DNA of 45,404 nt, taken from Clostridia bacterium (GTDB lineage Bacteria > Bacillota > Clostridia > Oscillospirales > CAG-272). The notes beneath the pieces are model-generated. The model saw only the letters and a program-made list of their open reading frames with translations, ran no database searches and was not told the origin of the DNA. The position numbers and the translations under genes were made by a program. Positions within the stretch are counted from its first letter, which is position 1. Each line of letters opens with the position of its first letter. The stretch is taken from the NCBI GenBank assembly GCA_017508465.1, contig JAFVYW010000110.1, positions 1-45,404 of the forward strand. Direction: 5' to 3'. This document shows positions 1-9,211 of this stretch, one piece after another.

Positions 1-46
1 AAATGCATCAGGGATAGGGCAAATTTGCCCTATCCCTGATGCATTT
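1..46. terminator. Perfect 19-bp-arm hairpin at the window edge; probable intrinsic terminator of a gene outside the window
   Basis: Arms AAATGCATCAGGGATAGGG / CCCTATCCCTGATGCATTT flank an 8-nt loop, followed by TTTCAAT. No ORF inside the window is attached to it. Confidence 0.35.
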
Positions 47-170
47 TCAATCAATTTATACCATTAGAAAATTTTTTTGCAACTTTTTTAACATTTGCTC
101 TTGACATTTATCAAAAAGATAAAAAATTATACTGAAAGGAATGATGTACGATAAGGTTACCTTGTTACAT

Positions 171-199
171 CAAAAAAGGGCGAGGCCATAACCTCGCCC
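171..199 (-). terminator. Rho-independent terminator closing the giant-gene operon
   Basis: Hairpin GGGCGAGG-CCATAA-CCTCGCCC (178-199) is followed on the minus strand by a 6-U tract (172-177). It lies ~30 nt past the stop of the 73-aa ORF. Confidence 0.7.
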
Positions 200-227
200 T
201 TTGGGGGTGATTAAATCATTACATGCG

Positions 228-449
228 TTATGCTCTGTAATCGTTTTTCGCTTTGCCGATTTTCTTTCGACGGCGAGGGGCATGCTTGCCTCCGGATTTG
301 CGGTAATCGTCAAGAAGAACCTCCATCGCAGATGCGACAGACCTACGGCGAAGCTCAAGCTCACGCAATTCTCTGCCGCGCTCTGTCGGCGAGATGCTCG
401 AGATCGAGGTGGCGTGTTCTAAATTCTCATAAGCCTTTTTCTTAGCCAT
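228..449 (-). CDS. 73-aa hypothetical protein with a strongly basic C-terminus (HAPRRRKKIGKAKNDYRA)
   Basis: ATG lies 2 nt after the TAA of the giant gene. Its GGAGG Shine-Dalgarno is formed by the last codons (GGA GGT) of that gene, and a terminator follows. I do not recognise a family. Confidence 0.55.
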   Translation of the reverse strand: MAKKKAYENLEHATSISSISPTERGRELRELELRRRSVASAMEVLLDDYRKSGGKHAPRRRKKIGKAKNDYRA

Positions 450-451
450 AA

Positions 452-3400
452 TTAACCTCCTGTAATATTACCTTGCGAAAGCATATTGACAAGTGCCTTT
501 ATACCTTCCCAGATCGGAATACGGAATACCCATACCATGAATACGGCAAGAGCAACGGCAATCAGAACGAAGAACCAGACGGCTGCGCGATCGGCGGGTA
601 CATGACGGCGGTCTGCCGCGGTGCGTATACGCATCTTACGGTCGATTTCGCGTCTGGTACGGCGGAGCGCTTCCTCTGCCTTGCGAATTTCAATTCTCTG
701 TGCTTTGCGCGCAGCGCCACGGAGCTTGAAGCTCGACATCTTCTTTCTTTCCACCTTAACAGCGGCCTCTTCGCGAGCGCATTGGTTGACGAGGGCGAAG
801 AGCTGTTCCTTTTGAGGAATGGTGATATGCAGTTTGCGGATCCTTCTGGTCAGACCATTGTAACGCCTGATCGCGCCATTGTGCGCCGAGAGATACATCT
901 TCTCGAGGCGGACTGCCGTAGCATCGCTACCGCCCTCCACACCGCGATAAAGGGTAAGAATTCTCTCATTGAGTGCGATACGCTCGCGCATCAGCTGCAT
1001 CAGGTCTTCCTGATATGCAACAGCGTTTTCAAAGGTCATCTTCTTGGTGACAAGCTTCGAGGGAGCGAGGGTAAGAAGAGCAAAATAACGAGCGTTGTCC
1101 TGCTTTTCCTGACGAAGTGCTTCCTTCTTTTCCTGCGTCATCTGGCGAATCCATGCCTTGCGCTTCGCAATTTCCTTCTTCGCCTTCCGGGGGTTCAGGG
1201 TATACTGGCGTTCAAGCTCGGTAACCTCGCGTTCAAGCAGGCGAAGCTCCTCTTCATAACGAGCAGAAATCAATGCGAGGTCAACTTCCTCATACTTCTT
1301 GATCTGGCTCTTGGTAAGAGGTGCTTTATCTGCCGCCTTGGTCTCGGCTTTCGCTCTCTTTTCCGCCTTGCGCTTATGCTTTTTGTTCAGAGTGCTGTCG
1401 ATGCGCTGTTGTCTTGCATCACGCTCGCCCTGCAAACGACGAAGCTCGGCTTCACGGCGAAGCTGTGCCGTAGGATCAAGCTCACAATGAACGGCAGGCA
1501 TCGGGTTGTACACCTTGCGTTTTACAATCTTATCGGGGATAGAAGCATCCGCCTGCGGATACTTGTTACCAGTGTAGCGTGTCAGTTCCTTGAGACGACG
1601 GTTATAGGTCTGTATCTCACTCTTGGCAAGGCGCGTATATTTCTTTGTCTCGTGCTTTGCACCTGTGGCAACGCCGGTTTTCAGGATACTGAAATAAACA
1701 TCGCAAATCTCGCGCTCGAGAGCCACAATCGCACCTACAAGAGCGGCATGCGTATCATTTTCAGTTGCCTTCTTATTCTGCTTTTCATAAGCATCCAGTT
1801 GTTTACGCAGAGAACGGATCTGCTTTTCGCCGCCCTTGACATAGGAACGGAACTCATAGCGATCCATCGCTTCCATTTCGAGGTAGTCGCGTGTGACGCT
1901 CTGACGTGTCGTTGCAATAGCGGCAACGCCTTCGTAGGCAGACATTTCGCTCGCCTGACGGCTCTGCGCCTCAACGCGCATGTACTCTTCGGTCTGCGCG
2001 CGACGCTGTGCGCGGGAGACGGCACGGCTTCTGCCACCGAGATTCTCGTACACGGGTTCGGTCGCAAGACCAAATTCCGAGGTAGGAATCAGGCTGATGG
2101 CAGGAATGCTGACACTCGCCTCGGAGAAGTCGGCGATTCTCGGTGCTTCAAAGTCCATACCGCGCGCGACGCGGTCGGCAAGGTTCTTCTGCAGAGGCAC
2201 AAGCTTCCTTCCTGTGACCTTCTTATAGGCATCGCCACACTTGTTGTAGCGGCGAACTTCCTCGGTAAGTTCACTCTTGAAACGGCTCATTTCACGGCGG
2301 AACGCGCTCTCAGTGCGAAGAATGGAGATGGTATCGATTTGCGTAGCGATAATCTTCGCGGTCGTATTACGGACACGAAGAATGGAGGCTGCGCGCTCGT
2401 TGCCATCCAGGGAGGATGTGCGGCGTTCTTCCTTCGCGCGCTCTTTCTTCAGAGCGGTGACGGTCTTCTGCTGTTTCGAGATGTATTCGGAAAGTTGCTT
2501 TGTATCATAGGGTTGCGTTGTAGTAGTATAAAGGCGTTCAGGGCGCTCGCTCTGGAGCGTGGTTGCCTCGCTTGTGCCACGGCGTGTGGGATAGAGGGTA
2601 CCATCGGAGTTTCTCGTAATAACGATATCCTCTGCACCGCCCTGTACCACAGAGGAGGGCGCGAACTCGGCGAGATCGACATTGACCGCATCCAGACGGA
2701 TACGAGGAATGGCTGCCATCGGTACGCCTTGTGCAATACCCTGGGAAAGCTTTTCGGAGAGAGGCGCAATCTTGATACGCTCGCTCTTCGAGAGTGCTCT
2801 CGCATCTGCATTGTATGCGCGAACCTCGGTGTCAATGGCACGGGTAGCGCGCTTTTCAGCCTTCTTCATACCCTGGCTCTTTGCCAGAGCAAGCATTCTC
2901 GCGTTGATTTCGATAATCGCGGCGCGAGCGTTCAGGGAAGCGACGGTCGCAGCGGTGGTCGACTGCTTTGCCTTGCGGGCAGTCAGTCTGGATGCCTCCG
3001 CATTGGCAAGACGGCGACGCATCTCTGTATCCTGACTTTCCAGAGCATGCATCTGCTTCTTCTCTTCCTTACGGGAAAGACGAGCAGGAGCAGAGGCTAC
3101 GGTGGTGTGAGAAGGGATGTAAAATTCCTCGGGCGCCACAGTGGTGGATACCGTCGCCATTGCCTGACGGACGGTCGCACTCTGGACGGGAGAAGGGATG
3201 ATAGCGATTTCTGCTTCCGGCTCTTCGGCATGCATGCGCGAAAGATTGGGAAGTCTGCCTTCCTCAAGGATAGCTACCTCGGGGTTCTTATCCATCGGAA
3301 CGGCAAGCTTACGCTGTTCTTTGGGAAGAGAACGAAGGGCGCTGTTGTATGCCTGCGCTTCGGTACGAAGGGCGGCGGTGGTCTTTCTGACCTTCTTCTG

Positions 3401-6400
3401 ATCACCAAGGGCGTTTGCCAAAAGGAGAACTCTCGAGAGCGCCGTGATGAGATCTGCACGCGCGTTGAGCTCGCGGGCGAGAGGCGCATTCAGAGGTTGC
3501 TTCTGCTTCTTTGCCTGACGATAGGAGAGGGAGGCGGATTGTACCTCGCGACGAAGGGATGTGCTCTCTTTTTCGAGCAAGGAAATCTGCGCGGTAGCGC
3601 TCTTGCGATCGGCGCGGGCGCTTCTGTCTGCCTCGCGGGCAAATTGTGCCTCGCTATGCGCGGTATATGCTTCATAGGCGCGATCATCCGCCAATACGCG
3701 ACGAGGTACCTTCGGCGCTTCCTCTTCGGCGCTCTTGCCCTTTGCCTTTTCAGGCTGCTGTGCGGGGGCACTTGCAACAGGAGCGACAACTCGCGCAGGA
3801 GCGGCGCCAGACAGAAGAATTTCGCTACCCATAACCGTAGCGCCCGTAGCAGCAAGTGCCAGAGCGAGGGCATCGGGACCTTCTTCATAGGTAATCATCT
3901 CAATCGGCTTCTCGCCTTCATCCACACGGAAGGTGGGAAGAGTGGGCAGGGTGCCGGTATTGACAACCGTCGATGCAAGATCACGGGAAATTTCAGGGAT
4001 AGCCGACCTCTTTGCCTTCGGCAACAGACGAAGCGTTGTGTTATATGCACGAGCTTGCTTCGTGATTTCATCCATCGCAGATTTCTGTGTTTTCGTCTGC
4101 GCGAGAACACCAGCGAGAATGGCAATTTTGGAAAGCTCGGTAATCCACGCCGAGCGCGCGTTAAGCTCGAGCGCGCAAGCTTCTTCCATCGCGCCCTTGC
4201 TCTTCTTCGCCTTCTGGGTTTCAGAAGAGGTTGCGAGGACAAGCTGGCGTTTCTTATCGCTTTCCTTCTTTAACTGTGCGAGGGTAGCCAGAGCGCTCTT
4301 GCGATTGGATTTCGCGAGGCGATCGGCTTTTTTACGGTATTGGAGTTCGTTGTAGGCATCGAAGGATGAAAGTGCAATTTCATCACGGGATCTTGGTGCT
4401 TCTTCGGGATTTTCTTCGACACGGGGTGCCTCTTGTACCGTTTCAGAAGCAGGAATGGGCGCAGGCGCAACAGGCGCGCGGCCCTGGAGAACGATTTCAC
4501 TTTGCGCGAGTGCGCCTGCACCGGCAAGAGCGACAGCTGCGGCAATACCGTTGTCCTCTCTCTCGGGCGCGGTGGGAATCATCACAAATTCTTCCTCTGT
4601 GACAGGTTCCGCTACTCTGACACGCGCAATTGCGGGAATGGTGCTGGTATTGCGTGTCTCGTCAACAAGGGAGGGAGAAAGCTCACCGACGGTGCGTCTC
4701 TCTTCTTTGGAGAGAGCGCGCGTTGCTTTGTTATATGCCTTGATTTCGACATGCATTTCCTTCTCGGCGGTCCGTTCGGTCTGGGAAAGACCAAGCGCAC
4801 GGGAGAGAAGCATAACGGTAGCAAGCTGTTCGATCAGGGAAGCGCGTTCAGAAAGCTCCTTCGCCACAGCGGGTGATACAGGCTCCTTCTTCTTTTTCGC
4901 ACCGGCAACCTCTGCGCTTGCCTGTGCCACTGCACGGCGCTGTGCTTTGGTTTGCCTCAGGAGATCATCCAGCGTCTTTTTCGCGCTCTTTCTTTCTGCC
5001 TTATCCGCCTTGGCAAGAGAACGGACAAGACGGCGGTCATTGTGCGCATCGTACTGTGTCCAGGCGATCTCGTCGCGGGAAGGCTTGGGTTCTTCCGCCG
5101 TTGGCTCTGCCCCCTCTGCCTTCGGCTCTTCCGCAGGCGCGCTTTCTGCAGGCGCGGCGGTCTGTGCCATAGGTCTTACAGAGGTAATCACGCGCTCTTC
5201 GGCAGGGGCAGCCTGTGCCGCAGAAGCGGCGGCAACGGCTACGGCACTGACAGGAAGCACGGTCGCGGCAGGAAGCATCTCGAAGGGTTCTTCCTCGACT
5301 TCCTCATAGCGGACACGGTTGATGCTGACAGGTGTACCGGTGGTAAGGGTGGTGTTTGCCAGTTGTTCATCCAGACGAGAAACATCCGCGCGGACCTTCT
5401 CGGGCAGGTAAACAATGGCGGTATTGTAGGCGCGGACCTCGCCGTTCATCTCGGTGAGAGCGCTCTTTTCGACCTTTCCGTCGCCAAGGGCGTGGGAGAG
5501 GACGAGAATTCTCGACAGGGTTTCTACGAGAGCGGCGCGCGCATTCAATTCCTCGATGACGGGAGAGGTCATTTCGGACTTCTTCTTTCTTGCGCGCTTC
5601 GTATTCTCTTTGGCTTTGGCAAGCGCGATGCGCTCTGCCTCCGCTTGCTTCTGCAGGACAATCAGCTGCTTCGACGCGCTCTTGCGGTCGATTTTTTCAG
5701 CCTTTCCTGCCGCGCGAGCAACCACTGCCTCGTTATATGCATCGAACTGACAGAGTGCAAGCTCATCACGGGTAGGCGCGGGAGATACCGCCTCCTCCGC
5801 GGTGCCTTCGGGCGCGGTCTGCTCTTCGCTCGCCGCTTGTGCCGGACGCACGGTGGTGACTACGGTCTCATGAGGCGTGCGTTCTTCACTTGCGCGGGAG
5901 AGCGCCTCGGATACCGTAGGTTGTGCCTCCTTGGGTTGCTCCTGCGCTTCCTCGGGCTGTGCTTCTTCCTGCGCCTGTACAGCCTGTGCGGGTGCTGCCG
6001 CAACAGGTGTTTCAGTAGCCTGTTCTTCAACAGTTTCTTGCGTTGTTGTTCTTTCAGAGGATGCTGCGTCAAGGGCTTCCTCAAGGGTAGTCATCTCATC
6101 AGCAAAGCTCTGCTGTTCGGGGGTTAATCCATTGTCGCGGGTGGTAGGGAGGGCGACGGGTACGATGCGGACGCCCTCGGCATTTTCAGCCGCCCCGTCC
6201 GTATCATTGCGAAAATTTACGCTGTCCCCCTCGGTAGGCGCATCTCCGCCCCCATCGGGTGGCGTGGGAAGTTTTGAAAGAATTTTCGCTTTTTTGTCCT
6301 GAAATGCGCCGAGCTTCTTATCTCTCTGCTTTTCAAGGCGCGTTTTCTTTGCGAGAGCGGTCTCGCCTGCAATCGCCTCTTCATAAAGCGAGGTAAGATC

Positions 6401-8338
6401 TGCAATCGCATAATCGACATCTTCGGTTGCCAATGTCAATGCGGTTTCCGCCTCGAGCATTGCTTCTGCGGCCTTTTCTATGCCACGGGCTTTGCCCTTC
6501 GCCTTTGCTTTTTCTGCCTTGGTGTATGCTTTACCATATACCTTGACTGCGCTCTCAAGGGATACAAGTCCGTGTTCTACGACACCTGCTTGTTTCTTGA
6601 TTGCCTTGCCAAGATCGACAACAACAGGAGCCGCTACAACGGCAGCGCCTTCTTCCGATCTCTCGGGGAGGAAGATTACTCTCGCACGGGCAAGGTCAGC
6701 GACCTGCTCTCTCTTCCAGACCGATTTGATGTAGGTTTTAGCAATCGGGGTGGCGTCGACATTTTCATTTTTAGTTGCTCTCTTATAGCAACTATTATAG
6801 CTCTGGACCTCTTCTTTCAGGGTGTGATAAATCTCACGCGCCAGTGCATTCTTCTTGAATTCCTTCGCGTAATCAATCATCGCGCGAAGATTTTCGATAA
6901 TCTGAATGCGGATGTTAAGCTCTTCCACATAGCACTCGGACTGACGGCTCTTGTCCTCTTTTGCGAGATCGCGGACTTCCTTGATTTCGCGACGAAGTCC
7001 CTTGTTCTCTGCCTTCTTCTCCTTGATGAAGGCGAGCGCTTCCTTCTTCGCCTGCTTGCGAAGGCGTTTCTGCATCGCTCTTTCTGCCTTGGAAAGTTGC
7101 TTCTGATGCTCTGCATCCTCCTCGTAGGTAACACCGCCGATGGTAATCATGGGAGGAACACCCTCGCCTTCTACCTCGGGCGCACCTTCGCCCTGTGCCT
7201 GCTGTGCAGTCTCCTCGGGCTCGGTATATGCAGGCGAGGTTGCCACAGCTCTTGCGTATTCAAGCTCACGCGCATCGCCATCTCCGCGCGCTGCCGCTTC
7301 ACTGCGACGAGCAACATCTGCCATAGCTTCGCTCAGGCTCTCGCGGCTCTCTCTCGCCAGTCTTTCCTCGCGCTCGGCATTCTCGCGGTGGTGTCTTTCC
7401 TCGCGCTCGGCTCTGGCATTCTCCTGCTCAATCATCATCTCAATGGAGCGTCTCTGCGCCTCTGCCTGACGCGCATCTGCTTCCGCACGGCGCGCATTCG
7501 CTTCCGCGCGTTCAGCGCGCATCTCACCGATAAGCTGCATCATCTCACCATTCTGCTGGGGTTGAGGCTGTGGGTGAGGAACAAAAGGAGGCATCATCGG
7601 AGGATAGGGCTCGCTATCAGCGAGAGGATATCCGTTTTCATCCAGAAGAACGATATCATCTCCATCGTCCTCTGCCGCATCCTCGCCGTCAAGGCCAAGG
7701 TCAGAGAGGTCGAAGGTCAGAGGCTCACTCGATGCAGGAGCAGCATCCTCTGCGCCACTCTTGAATTTTTCAAGCGCACTTGCCTCGGGCGCTTTGGGCT
7801 CTTCTTTGGGTTCTTCAACAGGAGCAGCGGGCGCGGGTGCGGGTGCTTCCTCTTCGGGTTGCGCACTCTTTTCGCGCATAGCGCGAAGCATTTCTTCTGC
7901 TCTTGCATTTCTCTGGTCGATTTCTTCCTGCTCACGGCGAAGCGCCTCTTCGATTCTTGCCTGACGCTCTTCTCTTGCGCGAGCCTCGGCCTCTTCTCTC
8001 TGGCGCGCTTCCTCCGCCTCTCTCGCCTTACGCGCCTTCGATCTCTCGCTCTGCATACGCTCGCGATAGTTCTCTGCGTAGGAAAGGGCTGCAAGTTTAC
8101 GCTCTGCGAGGGACCTGGCTGCTTCCTGTGCCTCGCTTCTCTGGCGCTCGGACTCGCTCATACGAGCCTGTGCGCTCTCTTCGGTTTCGCGGAGTTGCGC
8201 GCGTGTCTGCTCGCTCCTCTGTTCAGCCTCTTGTGCCGCGGTGCCAATTCTCTCCTGTGCGTCGGAAAGTCGGGATGCGATTTCCTCCGCGCTCGGAGCA
8301 GGTGCTGCGGGCTGCGTTGACTTTTTCTTTTGTGCCAT
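452..8338 (-). CDS. Giant (~2628 aa) Glu/Ala/Arg/Lys-rich modular coiled-coil protein with one C-terminal transmembrane anchor and no signal peptide
   Basis: Uninterrupted ORF 452..8353. The ATG at 8338 is preferred because GGGAGA lies 7 nt upstream, whereas the ATG at 8353 has no SD. Nine modules share (E)LNAR...E(V/I)xxYN signatures. The hydrophobic segment AAVWFFVLIAVALAVFMVWVF lies 23 aa from the C-terminus. Confidence 0.85.
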   Translation of the reverse strand: MAQKKKSTQPAAPAPSAEEIASRLSDAQERIGTAAQEAEQRSEQTRAQLRETEESAQARMSESERQRSEAQEAARSLAERKLAALSYAENYRERMQSERSKARKAREAEEARQREEAEARAREERQARIEEALRREQEEIDQRNARAEEMLRAMREKSAQPEEEAPAPAPAAPVEEPKEEPKAPEASALEKFKSGAEDAAPASSEPLTFDLSDLGLDGEDAAEDDGDDIVLLDENGYPLADSEPYPPMMPPFVPHPQPQPQQNGEMMQLIGEMRAERAEANARRAEADARQAEAQRRSIEMMIEQENARAEREERHHRENAEREERLARESRESLSEAMADVARRSEAAARGDGDARELEYARAVATSPAYTEPEETAQQAQGEGAPEVEGEGVPPMITIGGVTYEEDAEHQKQLSKAERAMQKRLRKQAKKEALAFIKEKKAENKGLRREIKEVRDLAKEDKSRQSECYVEELNIRIQIIENLRAMIDYAKEFKKNALAREIYHTLKEEVQSYNSCYKRATKNENVDATPIAKTYIKSVWKREQVADLARARVIFLPERSEEGAAVVAAPVVVDLGKAIKKQAGVVEHGLVSLESAVKVYGKAYTKAEKAKAKGKARGIEKAAEAMLEAETALTLATEDVDYAIADLTSLYEEAIAGETALAKKTRLEKQRDKKLGAFQDKKAKILSKLPTPPDGGGDAPTEGDSVNFRNDTDGAAENAEGVRIVPVALPTTRDNGLTPEQQSFADEMTTLEEALDAASSERTTTQETVEEQATETPVAAAPAQAVQAQEEAQPEEAQEQPKEAQPTVSEALSRASEERTPHETVVTTVRPAQAASEEQTAPEGTAEEAVSPAPTRDELALCQFDAYNEAVVARAAGKAEKIDRKSASKQLIVLQKQAEAERIALAKAKENTKRARKKKSEMTSPVIEELNARAALVETLSRILVLSHALGDGKVEKSALTEMNGEVRAYNTAIVYLPEKVRADVSRLDEQLANTTLTTGTPVSINRVRYEEVEEEPFEMLPAATVLPVSAVAVAAASAAQAAPAEERVITSVRPMAQTAAPAESAPAEEPKAEGAEPTAEEPKPSRDEIAWTQYDAHNDRRLVRSLAKADKAERKSAKKTLDDLLRQTKAQRRAVAQASAEVAGAKKKKEPVSPAVAKELSERASLIEQLATVMLLSRALGLSQTERTAEKEMHVEIKAYNKATRALSKEERRTVGELSPSLVDETRNTSTIPAIARVRVAEPVTEEEFVMIPTAPEREDNGIAAAVALAGAGALAQSEIVLQGRAPVAPAPIPASETVQEAPRVEENPEEAPRSRDEIALSSFDAYNELQYRKKADRLAKSNRKSALATLAQLKKESDKKRQLVLATSSETQKAKKSKGAMEEACALELNARSAWITELSKIAILAGVLAQTKTQKSAMDEITKQARAYNTTLRLLPKAKRSAIPEISRDLASTVVNTGTLPTLPTFRVDEGEKPIEMITYEEGPDALALALAATGATVMGSEILLSGAAPARVVAPVASAPAQQPEKAKGKSAEEEAPKVPRRVLADDRAYEAYTAHSEAQFAREADRSARADRKSATAQISLLEKESTSLRREVQSASLSYRQAKKQKQPLNAPLARELNARADLITALSRVLLLANALGDQKKVRKTTAALRTEAQAYNSALRSLPKEQRKLAVPMDKNPEVAILEEGRLPNLSRMHAEEPEAEIAIIPSPVQSATVRQAMATVSTTVAPEEFYIPSHTTVASAPARLSRKEEKKQMHALESQDTEMRRRLANAEASRLTARKAKQSTTAATVASLNARAAIIEINARMLALAKSQGMKKAEKRATRAIDTEVRAYNADARALSKSERIKIAPLSEKLSQGIAQGVPMAAIPRIRLDAVNVDLAEFAPSSVVQGGAEDIVITRNSDGTLYPTRRGTSEATTLQSERPERLYTTTTQPYDTKQLSEYISKQQKTVTALKKERAKEERRTSSLDGNERAASILRVRNTTAKIIATQIDTISILRTESAFRREMSRFKSELTEEVRRYNKCGDAYKKVTGRKLVPLQKNLADRVARGMDFEAPRIADFSEASVSIPAISLIPTSEFGLATEPVYENLGGRSRAVSRAQRRAQTEEYMRVEAQSRQASEMSAYEGVAAIATTRQSVTRDYLEMEAMDRYEFRSYVKGGEKQIRSLRKQLDAYEKQNKKATENDTHAALVGAIVALEREICDVYFSILKTGVATGAKHETKKYTRLAKSEIQTYNRRLKELTRYTGNKYPQADASIPDKIVKRKVYNPMPAVHCELDPTAQLRREAELRRLQGERDARQQRIDSTLNKKHKRKAEKRAKAETKAADKAPLTKSQIKKYEEVDLALISARYEEELRLLEREVTELERQYTLNPRKAKKEIAKRKAWIRQMTQEKKEALRQEKQDNARYFALLTLAPSKLVTKKMTFENAVAYQEDLMQLMRERIALNERILTLYRGVEGGSDATAVRLEKMYLSAHNGAIRRYNGLTRRIRKLHITIPQKEQLFALVNQCAREEAAVKVERKKMSSFKLRGAARKAQRIEIRKAEEALRRTRREIDRKMRIRTAADRRHVPADRAAVWFFVLIAVALAVFMVWVFRIPIWEGIKALVNMLSQGNITGG

Positions 8339-8383
8339 AATGTGATCTCCCATTATATGTATAAATTTTTATTAGCCATCAAA

Positions 8384-9211
8384 TCAATTCGACAATGCCG
8401 TGCCGATCACGGTCGCAAACTGTGCGAGGTGGGGAATGGAAAAATGAATACCGTCATACATGCGGTTAAAGTCCTCGAATTTCTCATGACAGAATTCAAA
8501 CTGTGTGAGATTTCCCGTCAGAACAATCTCGCTCACGCCTCGGGAGCGCGCCGCAAAAATCGCGCACATACCAATGGTTTCATAGACGAGATTCATAATG
8601 CCTTTCGCGATATCCGCGCGTTCGGCAATATCCGACACATTACCGAAGTTCGCCGCGGTAAGCTCGCTCGGAACATCGCCAAGCTTTGTCGCGGAGATAT
8701 CTCCGATACGCAGGTCGATGTTCGCAAGGTTACCACCGCTCGCCAGGTCGACGATATGTTCTACCGTCTCGGCGCCGATCATCAGCTTGGATAGTCCGAT
8801 GAGGGAACCGCCACCGACACCCGTACCGCCGAGGTACTCAATGGTGTCTTTTCTCGCGTGGACAATCGCCGTACCTGTACCCATGCTGACAACAAGGCAG
8901 TTGTCAAGGCCGGAAAGATACAGACCGCCTTTACCAATCGAATCAAATTCGGGGACGCTTACCGTAGGTAAGCCATACATTTCGCGCTTCAGATGACTCG
9001 ATCCGACACCCGTCATCAGAACCTTTTCGATGTCCCGAAGCTCAATGCCGTTGTGATCGATGAATTTACCAAATGCGCCATATGCCGATGTGAGCGGATC
9101 GGTCGCGCTCACAAAGAGAGGTTCAATCAGTACCCGTCTTTCACCATCGTCGGAAAAGCCTACAATCTTTGTCGTGCTTCCACCGACATCAATACCAATT
9201 ACCGTTTTCAT
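8384..9211 (-). CDS. coaW: Type II pantothenate kinase (CoaW-like, ASKHA fold)
   Basis: MKTVIGIDVGGSTTKIVGF, GTGTAIV, GGTGVGGGSLIGL and LTAANFGNV track the remembered S. aureus CoaW motifs (GIDAGGTLIKIV, GTGTSLH, GGIGTGGGMIQGL, LTAANFGHV). SD GGGAGAG lies 5 nt upstream. Confidence 0.75.
   Translation of the reverse strand: MKTVIGIDVGGSTTKIVGFSDDGERRVLIEPLFVSATDPLTSAYGAFGKFIDHNGIELRDIEKVLMTGVGSSHLKREMYGLPTVSVPEFDSIGKGGLYLSGLDNCLVVSMGTGTAIVHARKDTIEYLGGTGVGGGSLIGLSKLMIGAETVEHIVDLASGGNLANIDLRIGDISATKLGDVPSELTAANFGNVSDIAERADIAKGIMNLVYETIGMCAIFAARSRGVSEIVLTGNLTQFEFCHEKFEDFNRMYDGIHFSIPHLAQFATVIGTALSN

Noticed and set aside
143-171. Imperfect palindrome GATGTACGATAAGGTTACCTTGTTACATC and a TTGACA box at 103-108 upstream of it
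   Set aside because: The spacing to any -10 is poor (21 nt to TATACT). The only downstream ORF is a 16-codon frame without a proper SD, and the segment overlaps the tail of the minus-strand terminator. It is not interpretable from sequence alone.
473-4273. 1266-aa ORF on the plus strand, fully antisense to the giant gene (also 4952..6127 and 6572..8320)
   Set aside because: The sense strand is built from GAR/GCN/AAR/CGN codons, whose complements rarely create stops. The antisense product is low-complexity Leu/Arg/Cys/Phe-rich, has no SD and shows no family resemblance. It is a shadow ORF.
452-8338. Giant protein as a secreted adhesin or S-layer protein
   Set aside because: It has no N-terminal signal peptide, LPXTG, SLH or cell-wall-binding repeats. 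Its composition is that of charged coiled coil, and the only strong hydrophobic helix is C-terminal.
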